Notes: generated by a model not told the origin, from the letters alone. 64,000 nucleotides of DNA from Cyanophora paradoxa CCMP329 (GCA_004431415.1 QPMI01000412.1:1-64000), one strand, 5' to 3'; positions 23,701 to 38,421 are shown, counted from the first letter of the stretch. Program-made: numbers and translations.

Positions 23701-26700
23701 CCCTTTCCGACTCGTGGATCGTGATGAACGAGCGGCCTTTGAATGGGGGTCCGGGAAACGGGGTGCGTTCCCGAGGAAAATTGGAATGCGCGGGCTACCC
23801 CGCCCAATTTTCGTATTGCAGTACCTGGAGGGCCGATGGATCGACCCGCCCGGAGGTCAGTTCGCTTTCTACATTACTGGAGATCAGATCGTCCAGATAA
23901 GGTGATTTTAATTACTTCGTGGATAACGCACATAAATAGCTATAGGGACTTGCCGGGTTGCGTGCAGCTCACAGGTACCGGTGGCGCGCAGGAAGCGGAA
24001 CTCTTACCAGAGCGGAATGGCGGGCGACGTCAGCGGCACGATTACGTACGGGGCCCGCGGGACCCTCTCGTCGTGGCCTTCGGTCTGCACCGCAAGAGCC
24101 TCCAGATATATATGGAATACGTTTGCATTCTGATTGTTATTGCTGATTTTGTGCGCAGGTGGCGGCTGCCGTGTACAAGGATGGGACGCTGTTCATCGTC
24201 CGTGAGGTACACGAGCCGAGCACGACGAGGGCGTTTTCGTTCGCTTCGGCGGAGAGCCCTCGGCCGCGCTTCTCAAACGAGAGACGACTGTCAAGGAGCA
24301 ACGAGCGGGCGCCGACCTCGCAGCTGCTCCGATTCACTGCGGTCGATTCGCAGAGTTTCACACTATCCTCCGTTGCGTGGTCGGTGGTTATTGCAGCGTT
24401 TCCTGGTGCTGAATCGAACTATCCAATTTAGAGTTCTCGATACGTAATTGTTCTCTTTTTGACACAGCGCTTCTTAAACTTGCAGCGAACATTCTCAGCG
24501 CCCACGCGCTCGACGACTTCTCCTCCGATCGAGTTTTTGGTTACAACCTCGAGACGAATCCTGCCATGCCCTTCGCGGAGTCCCCTGTCGTCGTTTTCGT
24601 CGTTTCTGAGCCGTACGTGCTACAGCTCACTCATCTGTAGTTTGATACTCCAGCTTAGTTGTGGGTTTGACTAATTTGAAGTTGTCAGGCCGACGGTCGT
24701 AAAGATGCACACGCGTTGTGCGGCGGCGACTCGCTGGAACTGGGAGGGCGCTCTGTTCAACCAGTCCATCGCTTCCACAGACCTCTGCAAGCCTCTTCCC
24801 CCAGGCGCGCGCGCTCCTGTACACGCCTTCGCAAGACAATTAAATGCCGTTCCTCGAGTCTGACAATCGAGCGCGGGCATGCGCAGGACGGTACTCTCAG
24901 CGCGAGGGCCTCCTATTGGACACAGACGCCTCTCTATGCCCACCGGGTTTCTACAGCGGAACAGGGAGCACGAGCTGCACAGCGTGTCCGCAGGGGTGAG
25001 AACACACTTCCCGAACGTGGTGGACTTGGGGGAAGCGATATTGATGCATAATGGCATTGCACCCGGGCCCGCAGCACATGGTCAACGAACGGGTCCTCGT
25101 CTTGCTACGGTACGCTTTGCTCTTAAAGCTTGGGATTTCGGCTGTTTTAGCACGAATGCTGAAGACATCATAACCGCAGAATGCCCGCAGCAGACTTCGT
25201 CCCTGGATCCGGAGCAGCCGTGCAAACCTTGCGCCGCCGATCGCTTCACGCTAGGGTCGAAGTGGACAGACGCTTGCCTGCCATGGTGCGCATTAATATC
25301 GTATCGATCGCGATATAGTATCTTGAAATCCAATGCACGCGCGTCGCAACTTTCGATTCGATTTCGATGTCAGTTTTGCAGCTGCTGATCGCCATACCCT
25401 AAGTCCGGCAGGGACGTACCTTTACAGCAGCCCAAACAACCCAGGGGGGCGATCCTGCTGGGCGTGCCCAGCTGACCGGTGGTCCCTTCGCGGAGCGGCT
25501 GTTTGCAATACATGTCCGCAACGTCTCGGATCCCGGAAGTCAGCTGCAGACTCTAATTGCAGCCGTGCGCGCGCAGGTCCCCCGGGGTACACTCGTAATG
25601 CGGGCTCAACCGGTTGCGAGCCTTGCCTAGCTGGACAGTACCAGCCGAAAAATGAATCCAGCTGTACTAAATGTCCTGCTGGTGCGAAACATTACTCGCT
25701 CTCAAAATTAAGTACAGATTTAAGTTAAATCCACGCTTGCCAAATTCCTCACTCTCTATCCCGCACTCGCACTCGAAGGAACATGGAGCCCGGAGGGTCG
25801 GAATGGAAGCTGCTTAACCTGCCCCGCCGTGCGCACGCATCAGTCAAGTTTGCGCGGCAAAGCTGAAGTCTGCTTTTCTTTTGATCTAATCTGCGCTCCG
25901 TGATCTGCAGGGCCAAATCACTACTGCTCAGCGCGACGGATGCAGGGCGTGTCCGCTAGGGTACTACGTCGTCAATGGCACTGATGAGTGCACTTTTTGC
26001 CCCATCGACACCATGTGCAACGGGCAAGCCTTTGAAGGGAGCCCCGTTGCGTGCGGTCCGGGATTTGTCTCCGGTCCCGACCGGCTGCAGTGTATTGCGG
26101 TGAGCACGTGCACCGCAATCGACTGCGCAATTAATATGGTCTCAAGCGAGTTTATAACTGAGCTATGCACAACAGTGTCCGGCGGGAACGTACGAAAAGA
26201 GCCCGGGAGTGTGCGAAAGCTGTCCGCTCAACACCGTGGCGGCCCTTTCTGGGGCGCGGAACTGCACCGCGTGCCCAACGGGATCGTTTTCGTCTGCCGA
26301 CTCGCGGTTCTGTTTCTTATGCGGGCCCGGTGAGCCTGCACTCTAGACCTAAATCTCCATCGAACGAAATGCAGCGAATTGCGGAACTGACTGGGCCGGG
26401 GGCGGATATCGATCACGCCAGGCACCTTTCGAAACGCCAGCAGCAAGTCTTGCGTCCCCGTGGAGGCGGTAAGCGTCGCGCCTGCGGGCGCTAACACGAG
26501 CGAGGTCTGTCGCGCCGGCACGATTCCAAACGTGGAAAGGAGCGAGTGCGTCTTTGGACCGCGCTTCAATTACAAATGAATTCAAATATAAAATTCAAGC
26601 GTTCATATATATATGATCATGGATGAATACTCATCGTTGATGCAGGTGCGTGCTTTGTCCGAAAGGCACGTTTGCAGAAGGAAGCGACTGCCAAAGGTGC

Positions 26701-29700
26701 ATTGCTTCGTCCCGAAAAGCCCCAATTCGCAATGCCAGTGCTAAGCTGGTCTGTTCTGGGTCCAGGTGTCCGCTCAACACGTTTACGTCCGAGGTGGGCT
26801 CGAGAACGTGCTCGATTTGTGCGCCTGGGTACATCAGCGCGCCAGACATGCAGTCATGCCTTCCTTGCCCCGATGGTGCCAGCCTTTAATTTGGTATCGA
26901 ATGTGCAAGCCTGCGCATGGTTTGATCAGATCTGATCGCGAGCTCAGGCTACTATCGATCGGCTTTGATGGTGACGTGCGAGCGCGTGAAGGAGGGCACC
27001 GTCGCCCCTGCGGCGTCCTCGAATTACACCGCATGCGAGCCGGGGCACATCCCGAACCTATTGAGCTCCTCCAGTGTCTGCGTGCCGTGCCCAAAAGGTG
27101 ACGAGCTGCCCATCCGCTCGCGGTAGCGCATTAGAGCGACCAGCCGCTGACTCGCGCATTTCGTGCAATGAAACGTGAAGGGAGCTACAAAAGCAATGCA
27201 ACTACATGCAGTAGGTATGGCATGCGCATGATTGACCATGTACACTAGTGCTCCCGCCTGGCCTCGAGCTTACATGTTAAGCTCGCGATCGAAGCAATAC
27301 TAATAATAAGAGCTGATAAATCAATCTTCCTCAATGTCAAGCTCTAAGGCCGCGTGCCTCCTCGAAACTTTGATCAAATTCGGCCTTCGAATTCTCTTTC
27401 ATGATCGATTGCAACCATGCAGGTGTGCGCTGAATACCGTAGCTCCGTTTCTTGGGAGTGCAAACTGCACGGCGTGCGAACCTGGACACGTGGCGGATGC
27501 GAGCGCTCAGGTTCGTGCGTGTGGCGATGACAATCTCGAGTCTTTGTTCGTACGGTTTTCCGACTCTTTCTGATGAATACACGCGTCACAGATCTGCCTT
27601 CCTTGTCTAGCGGGCTCTTACCGCGCGGCGAACATGTCCGTGTGCCAGCCCACGCCGCCCAAGAGTGTCTCTGGCCCTGGCCAGGCCCAGCCCACGTTCT
27701 GCACGCCTGGCACGGTCCCAAACGGTCCCCAAACCGAGTGCATCGCCTGCGGGAAGGGAAGCTACGAGAACGACGGAGTTTGCGAGACGTAAGCGCCATT
27801 TCATATTCGAATTCCCAGATTCGTTTCGCTTGTCTATCGCTGATCTAAATTGTTCTGCAGGTGCCCCCACAATTATGTGTCCTCGGAAGAGGGATCCACC
27901 GCTTGCACAGCGTGCGCTCCCGGCAGCGTCGCCGCGGCGGACCAGCAGAAGTGCGTCCCGTGTGGGGCTGGGGCCTACCGGCCCGCGAATGTTTCGGACT
28001 GCATTCCCGTGCCGCCGAGCGCCGTCGCTTTAGCTGGGAGCGCGATGTACGAGATCTGCGCCAACGGTTCCGTTCCGAATGGTCCTAGGTCGGAGTGCAT
28101 TCTGTGTCGCCCAGGCACGTATACCCCAATTCAATGCAATTGTTACACCCGTTCAGTTACGCAATCAAGCAGGAACCTACCATGTGAACGAGACTTGCCT
28201 TCCCTGCCAAGTGAACAGCTTTGCCGCCCTCCCTGGAAGCACCTCCTGCGAAGCATGCGGGGAAGGCTCCGTGTCGACTGCGGACGGGCAGAAGTGCAGT
28301 CGTGCGCTCCTTTGTATATGTATATTTCGCACGTGCACCTCGAGCTCGAGCTCGTTCACATCCAGTGTCTGACCTACGCGTGTCGACAGCTTGCTTAGGG
28401 GGCTTCTTCAGGCACGATCCCATGGCGGAGTGTTTGGAGGCGCCGTGGGGAGCGGTCGCGCCTCCTGGCTCCCGCAACTACACCGCTTGCGGGCCAGGAA
28501 CCACCCCCAATCTCGAGAGGACGTCGTGCATTCCATGCGGTCCTGGTGCGTCCAATTTTAATTATATATAAAAAGCAAATCGATTTCCTGAATCAAAAAA
28601 GGCACGATCGAAATCGAGCACCAGTGCCGGACGTGCATCGGCAACACGTACGCACCCACAGCTGGTCTCACCGCTTGCCTCGAGTGGTTCGTGATCGGCT
28701 ATTAGAAACCGGCTATACTGGATTCATAAGCTCATGATCATATATATGATTGACCGCCACCCCTCGAACAGCGCGCCAGGAATGGTGGTAGACCCAGACA
28801 GGCAGGGCTGTTCGTGCGTCGCAATTGCGAACGTCGCAGCGGCCATCCGCGTGTTGCTTCCGAGATGAACGCTTCGCAAACTCACATTCCCCCAGCCCTT
28901 GTCCGGCAGGCATGTTCCGATCGGCGAAAATGGCCTCCTGCTCAGAAGTGCGCATAATTGGATAGACTCGAGGGAATTCGAAGCCCCATTCCCCGACACT
29001 AAATTTTTGTGCGAGCAGTGCCTGGCTGGATATATTTCGAAACCGGGCTCTGCCACCTGCGTCCCATGGTGCGCGAGCCCGTTGCTTCAAGCTTAAGTGA
29101 ACAAATCAAATCTCTGAGCGCTAGCCCCTTTTTGCATCGGGCAGCGATCCGGGGACGGAGGCAAGAAAGGGCACGACGTGCGATCTCTGTCGCGCGGGAT
29201 TCTTCTGCGTTCCGCCCTCTGCTGCCTTGCCCTGTCCGGATGGTTTCATCAGCGCCGCTGGAGCTTCCTCCTGCATCGCATGCCCACGCGGGTACATTAG
29301 CAATGCAGACCGGTGCGCCTGCTCCCAAGCATCTCGAAGTCGGACATCCGAAATTTTTTAAGTTGATTGCGATGCTCCCGCCTAGAACCCAGTGTCGTGA
29401 GTGCGGGGGAGGCACGTTCCAGCCAAACGGCTCGGTGCGGCTGCCTGCGCGCGCCGCCGCAAATCGGGCTAATTGTACAACATGCAGAATTCATGTCTTC
29501 CTTGTAAAGCGGTACCCAATTTAATGCAAGCTTGGACTTCCAGCTGCGGACCTCTCACTGTTCTTCAGGGCACATGGGCGCCCCCTGCTACCTCGGACCA
29601 ATGCCTTCCATGTACCCCGGGATCTTTCCCGTCCAACGACTCCACCATGTGCATCCCGTGCGTCGTTATTGAATCTCTGTACACGTTCGGCGCCACGGCC

Positions 29701-32700
29701 CTCATTCTTGATTGCAATGGCGGGCTCCGCTCTGTAGATGCGACTCAGGTGCGAGCGAAAGGCTAGGTTTGGAAAGCTACAAAAGCTGGCTTGCTGTATA
29801 ACCGCTCGCAGGCACCTACATGCCAAACGGGACGCTGCAGTGCGTCAAGGTGCGAGTTTGTTTTAAGTACCGCTCGGAACCTTACGGAACCTCTGACGGA
29901 TTTATTATTTCCTCAGTGTCCCAGCAGTCACTATGCACCCGAAGAGGGCACGCCTTACCAATGCACCGAATGCTCTCCAGTGCGCCACTCCCTTCGCTTT
30001 TCTTCTAACCGCGCTTAAGTGCGCCTCAGGGATTCATTTCAACCCCCGACCGCCGCTCCTGCCTTCCCTGCGCTCCGGTCTGTTTTTCGAAGTATTGTTC
30101 GCTCTTAAAAGCTTTCTTTTGAAACCGGTGCATACAAATGTGCAGGGGTTCACTAGACCCGTGGACGCGCTGCTCGAGAGGTGCGAGCGATGCCCAGCGG
30201 CGCGCGTCGCCCGGCTCGAGGGATCCGCAGCCTGCACTCCCTGGTGCTCTTTTCGTCGATTAACACCGCCCTCTAAGCTCTCACTTGACTAATAGGGCTG
30301 CAGCCCTCCCGGCCAAGTTCCAACGGAAGATCGAGCGAACTGTCGAAGTAATTCGGATCCTGTCTCCTGTTTCCACGACTTCAAAAATTGACGTCGACAA
30401 TGTGCCTAAACTGCTCTGCCGCAGATTGTAATGATGGATTATACCCAAACAATGGAACATGCACTCTTTGCGCTCCGCTAAGTGTGTCCAAGGCGGGAGG
30501 TTCGAGTTTTCTGCGAAGTGCTTCCCGTATACATCGAAAATGCTTACCTAGATGCAACATAGATGCCACCTGTACTCCCTGTCTCTCTGGATTTGTTTCC
30601 GACCCAACCCGAACTCGCTGCACCCCATGCCCGGCCGGCCGGCAGCTTCCACCGGGGGCCGAGGTTTGCAAGCCATGTCCTGCGAACACGGTCTCTGTCG
30701 AAGGTTCTACCGGCTGCACCGCGTGTGAAGCGGGCGCTGTGGTAAGATGCCTCTCGTTGTTGCAGTTGTGAGGGCCAATTGTCAAGCCCGCTAACAGAGC
30801 GACGAGCTCCAAACGTACTGCAAGATGTGTGAGCCGGGCACGTTTCGAAACTCTACCTTGTCGTACTGCATGCCCTGGTTTGCGCTGCTTTATTTATCAT
30901 GTCATCAGCGTCCCCTCAATTAACAATCGCTAATGGTTTGTATCCTTGAAGTCCTCCCGGAACGTTTGCGCCAGAGCCCGGCGCATCGTTGTGTGAGGAA
31001 TGCAAGGACACGCAGCTCTGCCCGCTGGTGCTCCCGCTCGCTCTCAATATGCGCGCCCCGTCAAAAGCTTACCGCGGCGCTCAGGCGACGTCTGAACCGA
31101 TCGAAGTCTCCTTCTTCAGAGACCTTGTTGGACTGGCGCCCCAGGATACCGTCGAGCCTGCCTCTCGCACTCCGCTATCGCGGTCCGCCCGCCGCGGCCT
31201 GGGCCGGGGCGTATAAATAAGCCGGCGTCGAAATCGAAAAGAACGTGGCTTCATGATCAGCTAGCAGTGTCTGACACTTTCCCTTTTTTTACAGGCGGCG
31301 GTCGCGAGCCTTGCAAGACATTGACATCGGTCGCACAACTGTTGCGGCTGCGGACAAACACAGCCCTAGGCGATCGCGACTGCTGCTTGGAGCCGCGCCT
31401 GTCGACGCCGCCCCGCCGCCGGCGGTGCAAGAGGATTTGGAGGACTCCGACGTCGATCTGCTCACGGAGGAAGTTGTGTTCGACACGAACGCCGCCACCG
31501 TCACCAACGCCGTGCGCGCAGCTCGAGCTCGTCAGTCGAAGAACAGTGAACTGCGCTGGCTTCAAGTTGTAACCTGCTCAAAACGCAGGAGATCAAGACG
31601 GAGGAGGTTGCGATGCAGCGCCTGTATCGCATTTTCGCCATTTTGGTGGGTGCGGTCGGGGTAGCAGTTCTGACTGCTGGTCTCCTTATGATGTGCTACA
31701 TCCACTGCGATCGTGACGTGCGCAGAACGTTTATTTCGCTCTCCTCGTGCATGGTTTCTATACAGCTTGACAGTTCAGCAGCTCGTTTTCGGCTCTAGAT
31801 CTCGATCGGCGAGGAGCGCTGCGATGGATGACGTTAAACTTGAGCCACTTGCAAGGATCCGGAATTCAAATTCGAAACGTTCTGAGCGCAGAAAGCAGGT
31901 GCGCTTGCGCGTATGCACCACTTTGTCGGGTGACTTTTTAAAAATTTATGTTTGTTGTGGCGCGTTAGGCCTCTAGACTCGATCTTCTGTACACGGAGGA
32001 AGTCTCCGCGGCCAAGAAAGAGCTGGCGGAGCGCGCGGCAGCGATTGCGAGTGGGGAGCGCAATGCAACACGAGCACCTCACGATCAGCCGCAAGCCTGC
32101 AACATCGCGAGCGCAGAGCGGAAGATGAGCCGTGAGGCACAGCTGCAGCTGGAAACCGTTGACTTTGCCGTCGTGTCGACGTCGACGTCTCTGGACGAGC
32201 GCGTTTCGGATTCCCAGTCGGGCTCTAGATCTTTGTGTGATCTCGATCACGACTTGGCGCCTAGGACTTCATACGGCGAACGCAGCGACGATGAAATCGA
32301 ACTGCGTCGCCCGTCGGCCGAAGCGGCAGATCTAGAGAAGAAGCTTGAATTCGAAGAACAAAGGCCTTCGTCCTCGGAGGAGAAGAGCGTGAGTGCACTT
32401 GCGCCTGCAGCTGATGAGCCGGAACAGTCCGTCGCCGGAGCTTTTGCAACTTTTGTTGGTGCCGGTCTAGTCATTCTGGCGGGTAAGCTCCCTGAATTTA
32501 AACTTCGAATGAATCGCGCTTATTCAAAATCTTCGCTCAGTGTCTTTCGTCATCCTTCAATTCGTGCGCAAATTGAACGCCGTTCGCTCAAGCGTTCTAA
32601 GATTCGTTAATATGCCAATGCCGCGGTACCGCGCAGGCCATCGCAAATTACGAGATCGTCCAAACTCTGCTGCCCGGCAGCTCCCCCACTGCAGGCGCGA

Positions 32701-34828
32701 TCTCGGGACCAGTTGAGGTGTCAGCGAGCTTTCTCGGGTGGACGGGTGCGTCTTCCTCCTGATTTCGTTTTCTCTTGCGTCTTCTTTGTGCTGAAAGCTG
32801 GATCTTAGCGGCGCGGTCGTGCGTCATTAGCCAACAGACGGCCCTCAACTCCTCAGCATCCCTTGGCACGTCGCCGAATATAAATGGATCCCAAGAGGGC
32901 GTGATCATTGCCTGGCGGTCGATCGTGCCTGTGGATGGAACCCAGCCAGCAGTAGCAGTGGCAGCGTACAATCCGTCTCTGCGATCCTGCATGTGCGTTC
33001 GCGCTGCACCTCAGGGCCTTGCAATAGATTAAAGCTGATTATGATTCATAAATCTGTCTGTCCATTTTATATCACATTTTTTACTAATTGTACGTATACA
33101 TCCTGCGCGCAGAGTCTCGTGGCGTTGCAGCAGCTGCCGGATTGCATCGGCCGCTGGATCTGGTCAGTCCTCCACCAATGTTGCCGTCGAATTTCGGATC
33201 GTCTCCCGCCTCGCGTTCGCCATGGCCGTCCGATACACGATAAAGGTGCCTCGATGTTCGCCCCGTTGTGCACTGCGCGGAAAACCGATCGAACATCGAC
33301 CAGATGCCGAAGTACGCTGCCATAAGCGGCGTGGTCACGGCCTCCACGCGCGGAGAGAAGCAGCAGACCGTGTTCCGCGGCCTGCGGCCCGTCATCGTCC
33401 CCGTCCTCCTGACGCCCCTGCACTTCGAAAACGGGGCAGACGGCCTTCCGCAGTACAGCGCTTCCCTGCAGCAGGCCAGCAACCGCCTTTCCGAGCTGGA
33501 CGAGACATCGTTTGTGAGCGAACGCAATATATAGCACGCCACTTGAGCTTTACACGCATACTTAGCGTGGCCGGGTTTCCCGCAGAGACTGTGCTCGCTG
33601 ACGCGTCAGCTCTCCGAGCCGGTCAGGGATCCCCCTCCACCGCCCCTCCGCTCTCCGCTCACGCGCGGGGCACAGGAATGCGCGCCGGAGTCGGTTGGCT
33701 TCCGCGCCGAGTTCGAGGTCAACACGGTCTTCCTGCTCGTGCGCACCCCCGATCGCGACCCACCATTCTGTCAGTCAAGACCCAAATTAAAGCGAGCCGC
33801 CCGCCAATTCTTCAGGTGTCTCGGGTGATTCGCGCGAGCTACTTGGACACAGTGGCGGACATTGCGGCCCTCGCCGGCAGCGCTCTGGAGACTGGGGGGC
33901 AGCTCGTCGCGGCATATTACGCAGTCCTACAATTCTTGCAGGCTTGCCTCCAGATCGCTAAACTTGGATTCTGAAAATGTCGCTCATTGCAGCGTGCGCA
34001 TGCGTGCAGATGCGGCATGTGATCACGCAGAAGGTTCGGGCGGCAACTGGAAGGCACACAAGCAGTACTGCAATTTGCCGTCCATGGCCAGCTTCAGCCG
34101 TGGACGTCAATGCCGCCACTGCACGGCTCTCGGCCTCTCGCAGCTCGTCCGAATTGAACGTGTTCTTCTCTGCAGTGGCCTCTAGATCGCCGCCGCGGAT
34201 CGGCCGCAGCGTTCCGAACGTGTTCCGGCCAGCTCCCTATATTGCTGCGGCTGCATCCAGGCTCGATAGCGAGCCGTTGCCAGCGCCAATCGCAAGTTTT
34301 CCTGACGTGACGGGGGCCGACGTCGACAATGACATGCAGTCGCAGCCCTCGATCGCCCTTATCGATCCACCATCGCTTGACGTCGATCGCGACGCACCTC
34401 GCACCGCTTTTCATGCCCCGAACGTATTCTTCAAATCGGACCCCTCAATTCACCAGAGAGATCCAGACGGGACGCATACGACATCACCTGCCTCCGCGGC
34501 CGATTTTAGATCCGCCCCCAGCGGCAACGTCACGATCAACGTGGCTCAGCTCCATGGCCACGACCAGCTCCCTCGTACGCGTGCACGCAGCGCTAGCGTA
34601 CCCCTTCTCTCGCGTCCGCGGACGAAACTTCGCGCGTCGTTGTCGAAGCCGGCCGATCTGGAGCAGGTGGATCAGGCGATATCGATCCCAACTGCGACGC
34701 CTGATATCGATATCGATCTTGAAGCGATGCGTGCGGATCCTTTCTTGAGCGACTATGTGGCCATGCAAATGGGGCGAATTCGCGCGGATACAGACGACGT
34801 AGCGTCTTGTCCTTATATTGTAATTTAA
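17798..34828 (+). CDS. Giant multi-exon cell-surface protein: 2 LamG/ConA-like domains, many Cys-rich (GCC2/3, ephrin-receptor-like) repeats, ~3 TM segments; boundaries approximate
   Basis: LamG exons: HLVITWDASGLISFYRNG..WIGGS..WSKALSSSEV and WNYVVLCW..YLNGLQV..NYIG..LADLRIW. Repeated CxxCPAGxY/CxxCxxG exons span ~25200-31010. TM IFAILVGAVGVAVLTAGLLMMCYI (~31630), TM VAGAFATFVGAGLVILA (~32430) and YLDTVADIAALAG..LVAAYYAVLQFL (~33840). Low-complexity tail ends at 34828. Confidence 0.7.
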
Positions 34829-36939
34829 TTAATAGTGTGGCTCAACTCTCAAGTATTTGTTGATTGTTATTTGTCTTATTCTCCTTAATGCACTTGCTGA
34901 TGATGACCGACGTCGGACTCCGAGGCTCAGTGAGCTGCAGCGAGCTCGAGCTCCACAATAGCTGAAAGAGCCTGTAGAAGAACTTCGGAAAAGCTTGAAG
35001 GCTTGCATCTGACTCATCGGATACGTATACCGTAGACATGTTTATATACGTGTGTACAGCACTGTGCACTGCGGCAAGCAGAGACTAGTTACACTAGTGG
35101 CCCGGCCGCGTTTGTCGCGCCGGGGGTGCAAGGGGGGAACCGGCCCGGCGGGATCTAATGAAAGAGTCTTAGTGGGACGCACATGCGTGATGCGTGCGGC
35201 AGATCGACCCCGGCCCAGTGCGCGCGGGACGTTGAAGTGTAAAGATAAACACAGATTAAGATTGAAAAAAAAGAAAAGGCTCGATAAGCACACGCTGCGA
35301 TCAAACCGAATAAAGAAAAGCCTTAATGAAAGGCCAGATTCAGCGCACATTATATTAAAGATTGTTCTGGAGCCGAAAAACGCTGCGCATCAACTGTGTT
35401 CGCACGGCCTACCGCTAACCCTGAACAGCTGGCTAAAAGATGATGGTGTTGTCTGCGGAGGGCTCGCCGTAAACATAGGCGATCCAGGCCTTCTGGAGGG
35501 GGTCGGGGCGGAAGTAGATCGCGACCATGGGGGTGGGCGGCAGCCAGCGGCGCCGGTCCTGAAGAGAGCCGTCTTGCAAGAGCATGGCCATGGTGAGGCG
35601 GCCCGCTGCCTCGAGCGCCCCTAGAGCCGCGCGGCTGGCGCGCTGCTCGCTCCCGCTGCGCATCTGGTAGACAAGGTCTTGAATTTCAAAAAAGTTTCGA
35701 TGTCCGCGAGCTCGAGGCCGGCGGGGCGCAGGCGCTCGAGGACCCCCATGTGGAGGTCCTCGATCGCAGGCCTGCCGTTGCGGTGCAAGCTTGATGCAGT
35801 GAAAACTAGTCCAGGCGCCACGGGTACCGTGTGGCGTACGCGGCGCACTGCAGCTGCGAGGAAGCGGAAATCTAGAGGAGACAGCTAGGGAGAACTTCGG
35901 ACAAGCGAGTCCCTGCGGAGCAGGAGTGGCCTTGGGTGTTGAGTTCGAAAACCACTTTTTCCGAGTTCGAGAAAGCTTTCGCGAGCTCGACTTTGACGCT
36001 CGAAAGTCGAAGGCTGACCGGTCCACCGAGCCAATCGGATCGCGAATAACGCGTAAGGCTCATTTTTTGCAGGTGTTGCAAACTGGACCTCGAAAACGGC
36101 CTCGTAGAAAATTTTTGGCTGGAGCGAGGGAACCGGAAGCAAGGGGGAATTCGAATTCTTCCCCCCTTGCAATTACTACTCGATCGCGAGCGCTAGCTCA
36201 TCCTCAGCTACGGGAACTTGAGCTTGGCAACGTGCATGACCTAGAATGTTCGAATTCGCCTTTTGTATCGCAGTAAATATAAATTATGAATTTGCGTCTT
36301 GGGCCCCGCATCGATATCTGTATTCTCATGTGAGCGTGTACCCTTGCGAGTGGTCTTCCCCCCCCCCCCCCCCCCCCGGCCTGTTTCTCCGGTCCTCCCT
36401 CGGGTGACCGCGCGCGGTGCGGGCCCCCGTTTCAAAACAAAGAGCAGCCACCCTCAGGCCTTGAAGCCCCGATTGCAAGACCCATCATGATCATGGCATG
36501 CCAAGTCCACTTCTGCTCCGCAGGGACTCGCTTGTGAATATTCTGCCGGGCGTACACTTCAGTTGACTATAGCTACAATATGAATTGCATGCCTGTATAG
36601 GGCTGCAAACGGGGCTAAGGTCTACAACAAGACCGACAGCTACGAATTTCGAAGGTGCTGGCCTCTGGATCTGGGCGCCTCAAGGGACAGGGTGGGCGGG
36701 AAACGCGAAATATTAATGAACCGACTCGGGCGCCGCGCTTGTTTGCAATCGAGAAAACGCGTATGGGCACGCGATCACAAGTTGCGATTGACCACTTGAA
36801 TCAAATCAGAATATTAACAAGTTTAGACCGACAGCTACGAGCTACGAGGGTGCTGCAGCTGTGGCCACGAAGTTCAGACTTCGAAATCGAGGCTCGAACA
36901 GCCGGCTCGCTACCCTCAGAAAATCTACTTTACTACCCA

Positions 36940-38421
36940 CTACCCAAACAACGGAACCAACACGCTGAATACTGCAATCATAATAGCGACGTTAAGTATG
37001 ATTGCACGTGCGGACTCGAAGCCTTCGTAGATTAGGCTCCGACCGTTTTCCTCGTAGGCTTCGCGAACGCCGGCCCCAAAGAAGGCGGGGCCGAGGGTGC
37101 GCTCCCACCAGCCGAGCTGCCGCTCGAGGGCGCATGTGGCCCACTCGGGCGCGAGCCGCGTGAAGGGCGAGAGGACGTAGGCGAGCACCGATGCCTGGAC
37201 CAGGGCCAAGAGCGTGATAGGGCCAAGGTGCGGCCACCGCCAGGGAAAGAGGCGCGCATTGGCGAGCCAGAGGGCGACGAAGGCGGCGACGGCGAGCGCG
37301 CAGTACGCCGCGAGGACGCCGCCGAGCTGGAGCACGAGGAGAAGGGACAGGGGCACATGCTTGAGGCTCGCGAGCCGCCGGCCGGCCTCGCCGCGGACGA
37401 GGGCCCAGGTCGACGGCTCAGCGGGACCCGGAGCGGGCGAGGCGGGGGTAGCGGCTTGCGCCGGCTCGCTGCGATCGAGCGACGGAGCCGGGGAGACGAC
37501 GACAAACCCGGGGCGGTCGCGATCGTCCCCCGCTTTCGGCGCCGCAGCTGCAGCTGCAGCCTTCGACGCCGACTCGGCAGCGCCGGCAGAGGGGAGGGCA
37601 GGAGACAGCGGCTGAGGCCGGGTCGACGTCCCTTCCGCTTCTGCGCCGGCCCCGGAGCGGCCCTCGAGCGCCAGGTCGGTCTGCGCGCGCCCAAATGTCG
37701 GACCGAATGCTAAGGCCCGGGCCCGCGCCGCCGCCGCCGCCCCCGGCGCTGACCTCGGGGTCGTAGAGGACGGGGCTCGCGGCGGCGCGGAACGCGGCCT
37801 CACACTCGGGGCCCACCTCCCGCCACCGCGCCTGCCCGCCCCGCCCGCGGCCGCGCCGCCCTCCCGCGTGAGGCCTACGGGCGATACGAAGTGGGGGGTG
37901 GGGAGGGGGGTACGGGGGCACCCGAATGCGGCGAAGGGAGAGGCTCAAGTACGGCCCCTCGGCCCCCGAGAGGCCCTCTGCGTCCGCAGTGAGCGGTTAT
38001 TCGCGCGTCTAAGGCGCGCGCGCGCCCCACGGACCGCAGACGGGGCAGATCTCCGCCGCGCCTCCCGCCCGCCGGCGCTCCAGGCACGTCTTGTGAAAGC
38101 TGCGGAAATGCGATTCCGAGTAAATAAAGCATCGCCGGCGCCTGAAACGATGCGCGAGAACGACCGCACTTGTGCCCGCAGAAGAGGTACCCGTCCGAGG
38201 GGCGCGAGACCGGATCGAAGCAGATCGCGCAGAGGTCTCCAGTGTACCCCGGCTCGTGCCGCAGTTTCTGCAGCTCCTGCACGGACCAACAGAACTGTCA
38301 CGAACTTCAATCCGATCTGAGATTCGATCGCCCTCACCTCCAGGGCGCGAGCGGCGGGGGGTACGGAGTGCTCTGGCGGGTCCTGGCGATCAGCTCGCGA
38401 CCCCCTGGGCCAGGGCCACAT
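36940..38421 (-). CDS. RING-H2 E3 ligase-like protein with C-terminal TM helices, copy 1 (multi-exon)
   Basis: MWPWPRG..ALE|ELQKLRHEPGYTGDLCAICFDPVSRPSDGYLFCGH|..FHKTCLERRRAGGAAEICPVC (C3H2C3 spacing); hydrophobic C-terminus. Confidence 0.75.

Noticed and set aside
35433-36026. Minus-strand ORF pieces (MVAIYFRPDPLQKAWIAYVYGE)
   Set aside because: Possibly a real small gene, but the exon structure and function cannot be supported from the sequence alone.
36630-36840. 16-bp direct repeat suggesting a TSD-flanked insertion in unit A
   Set aside because: Similarity extends beyond the 16 bp and there is no tail or TIR; it is more likely a small local duplication.
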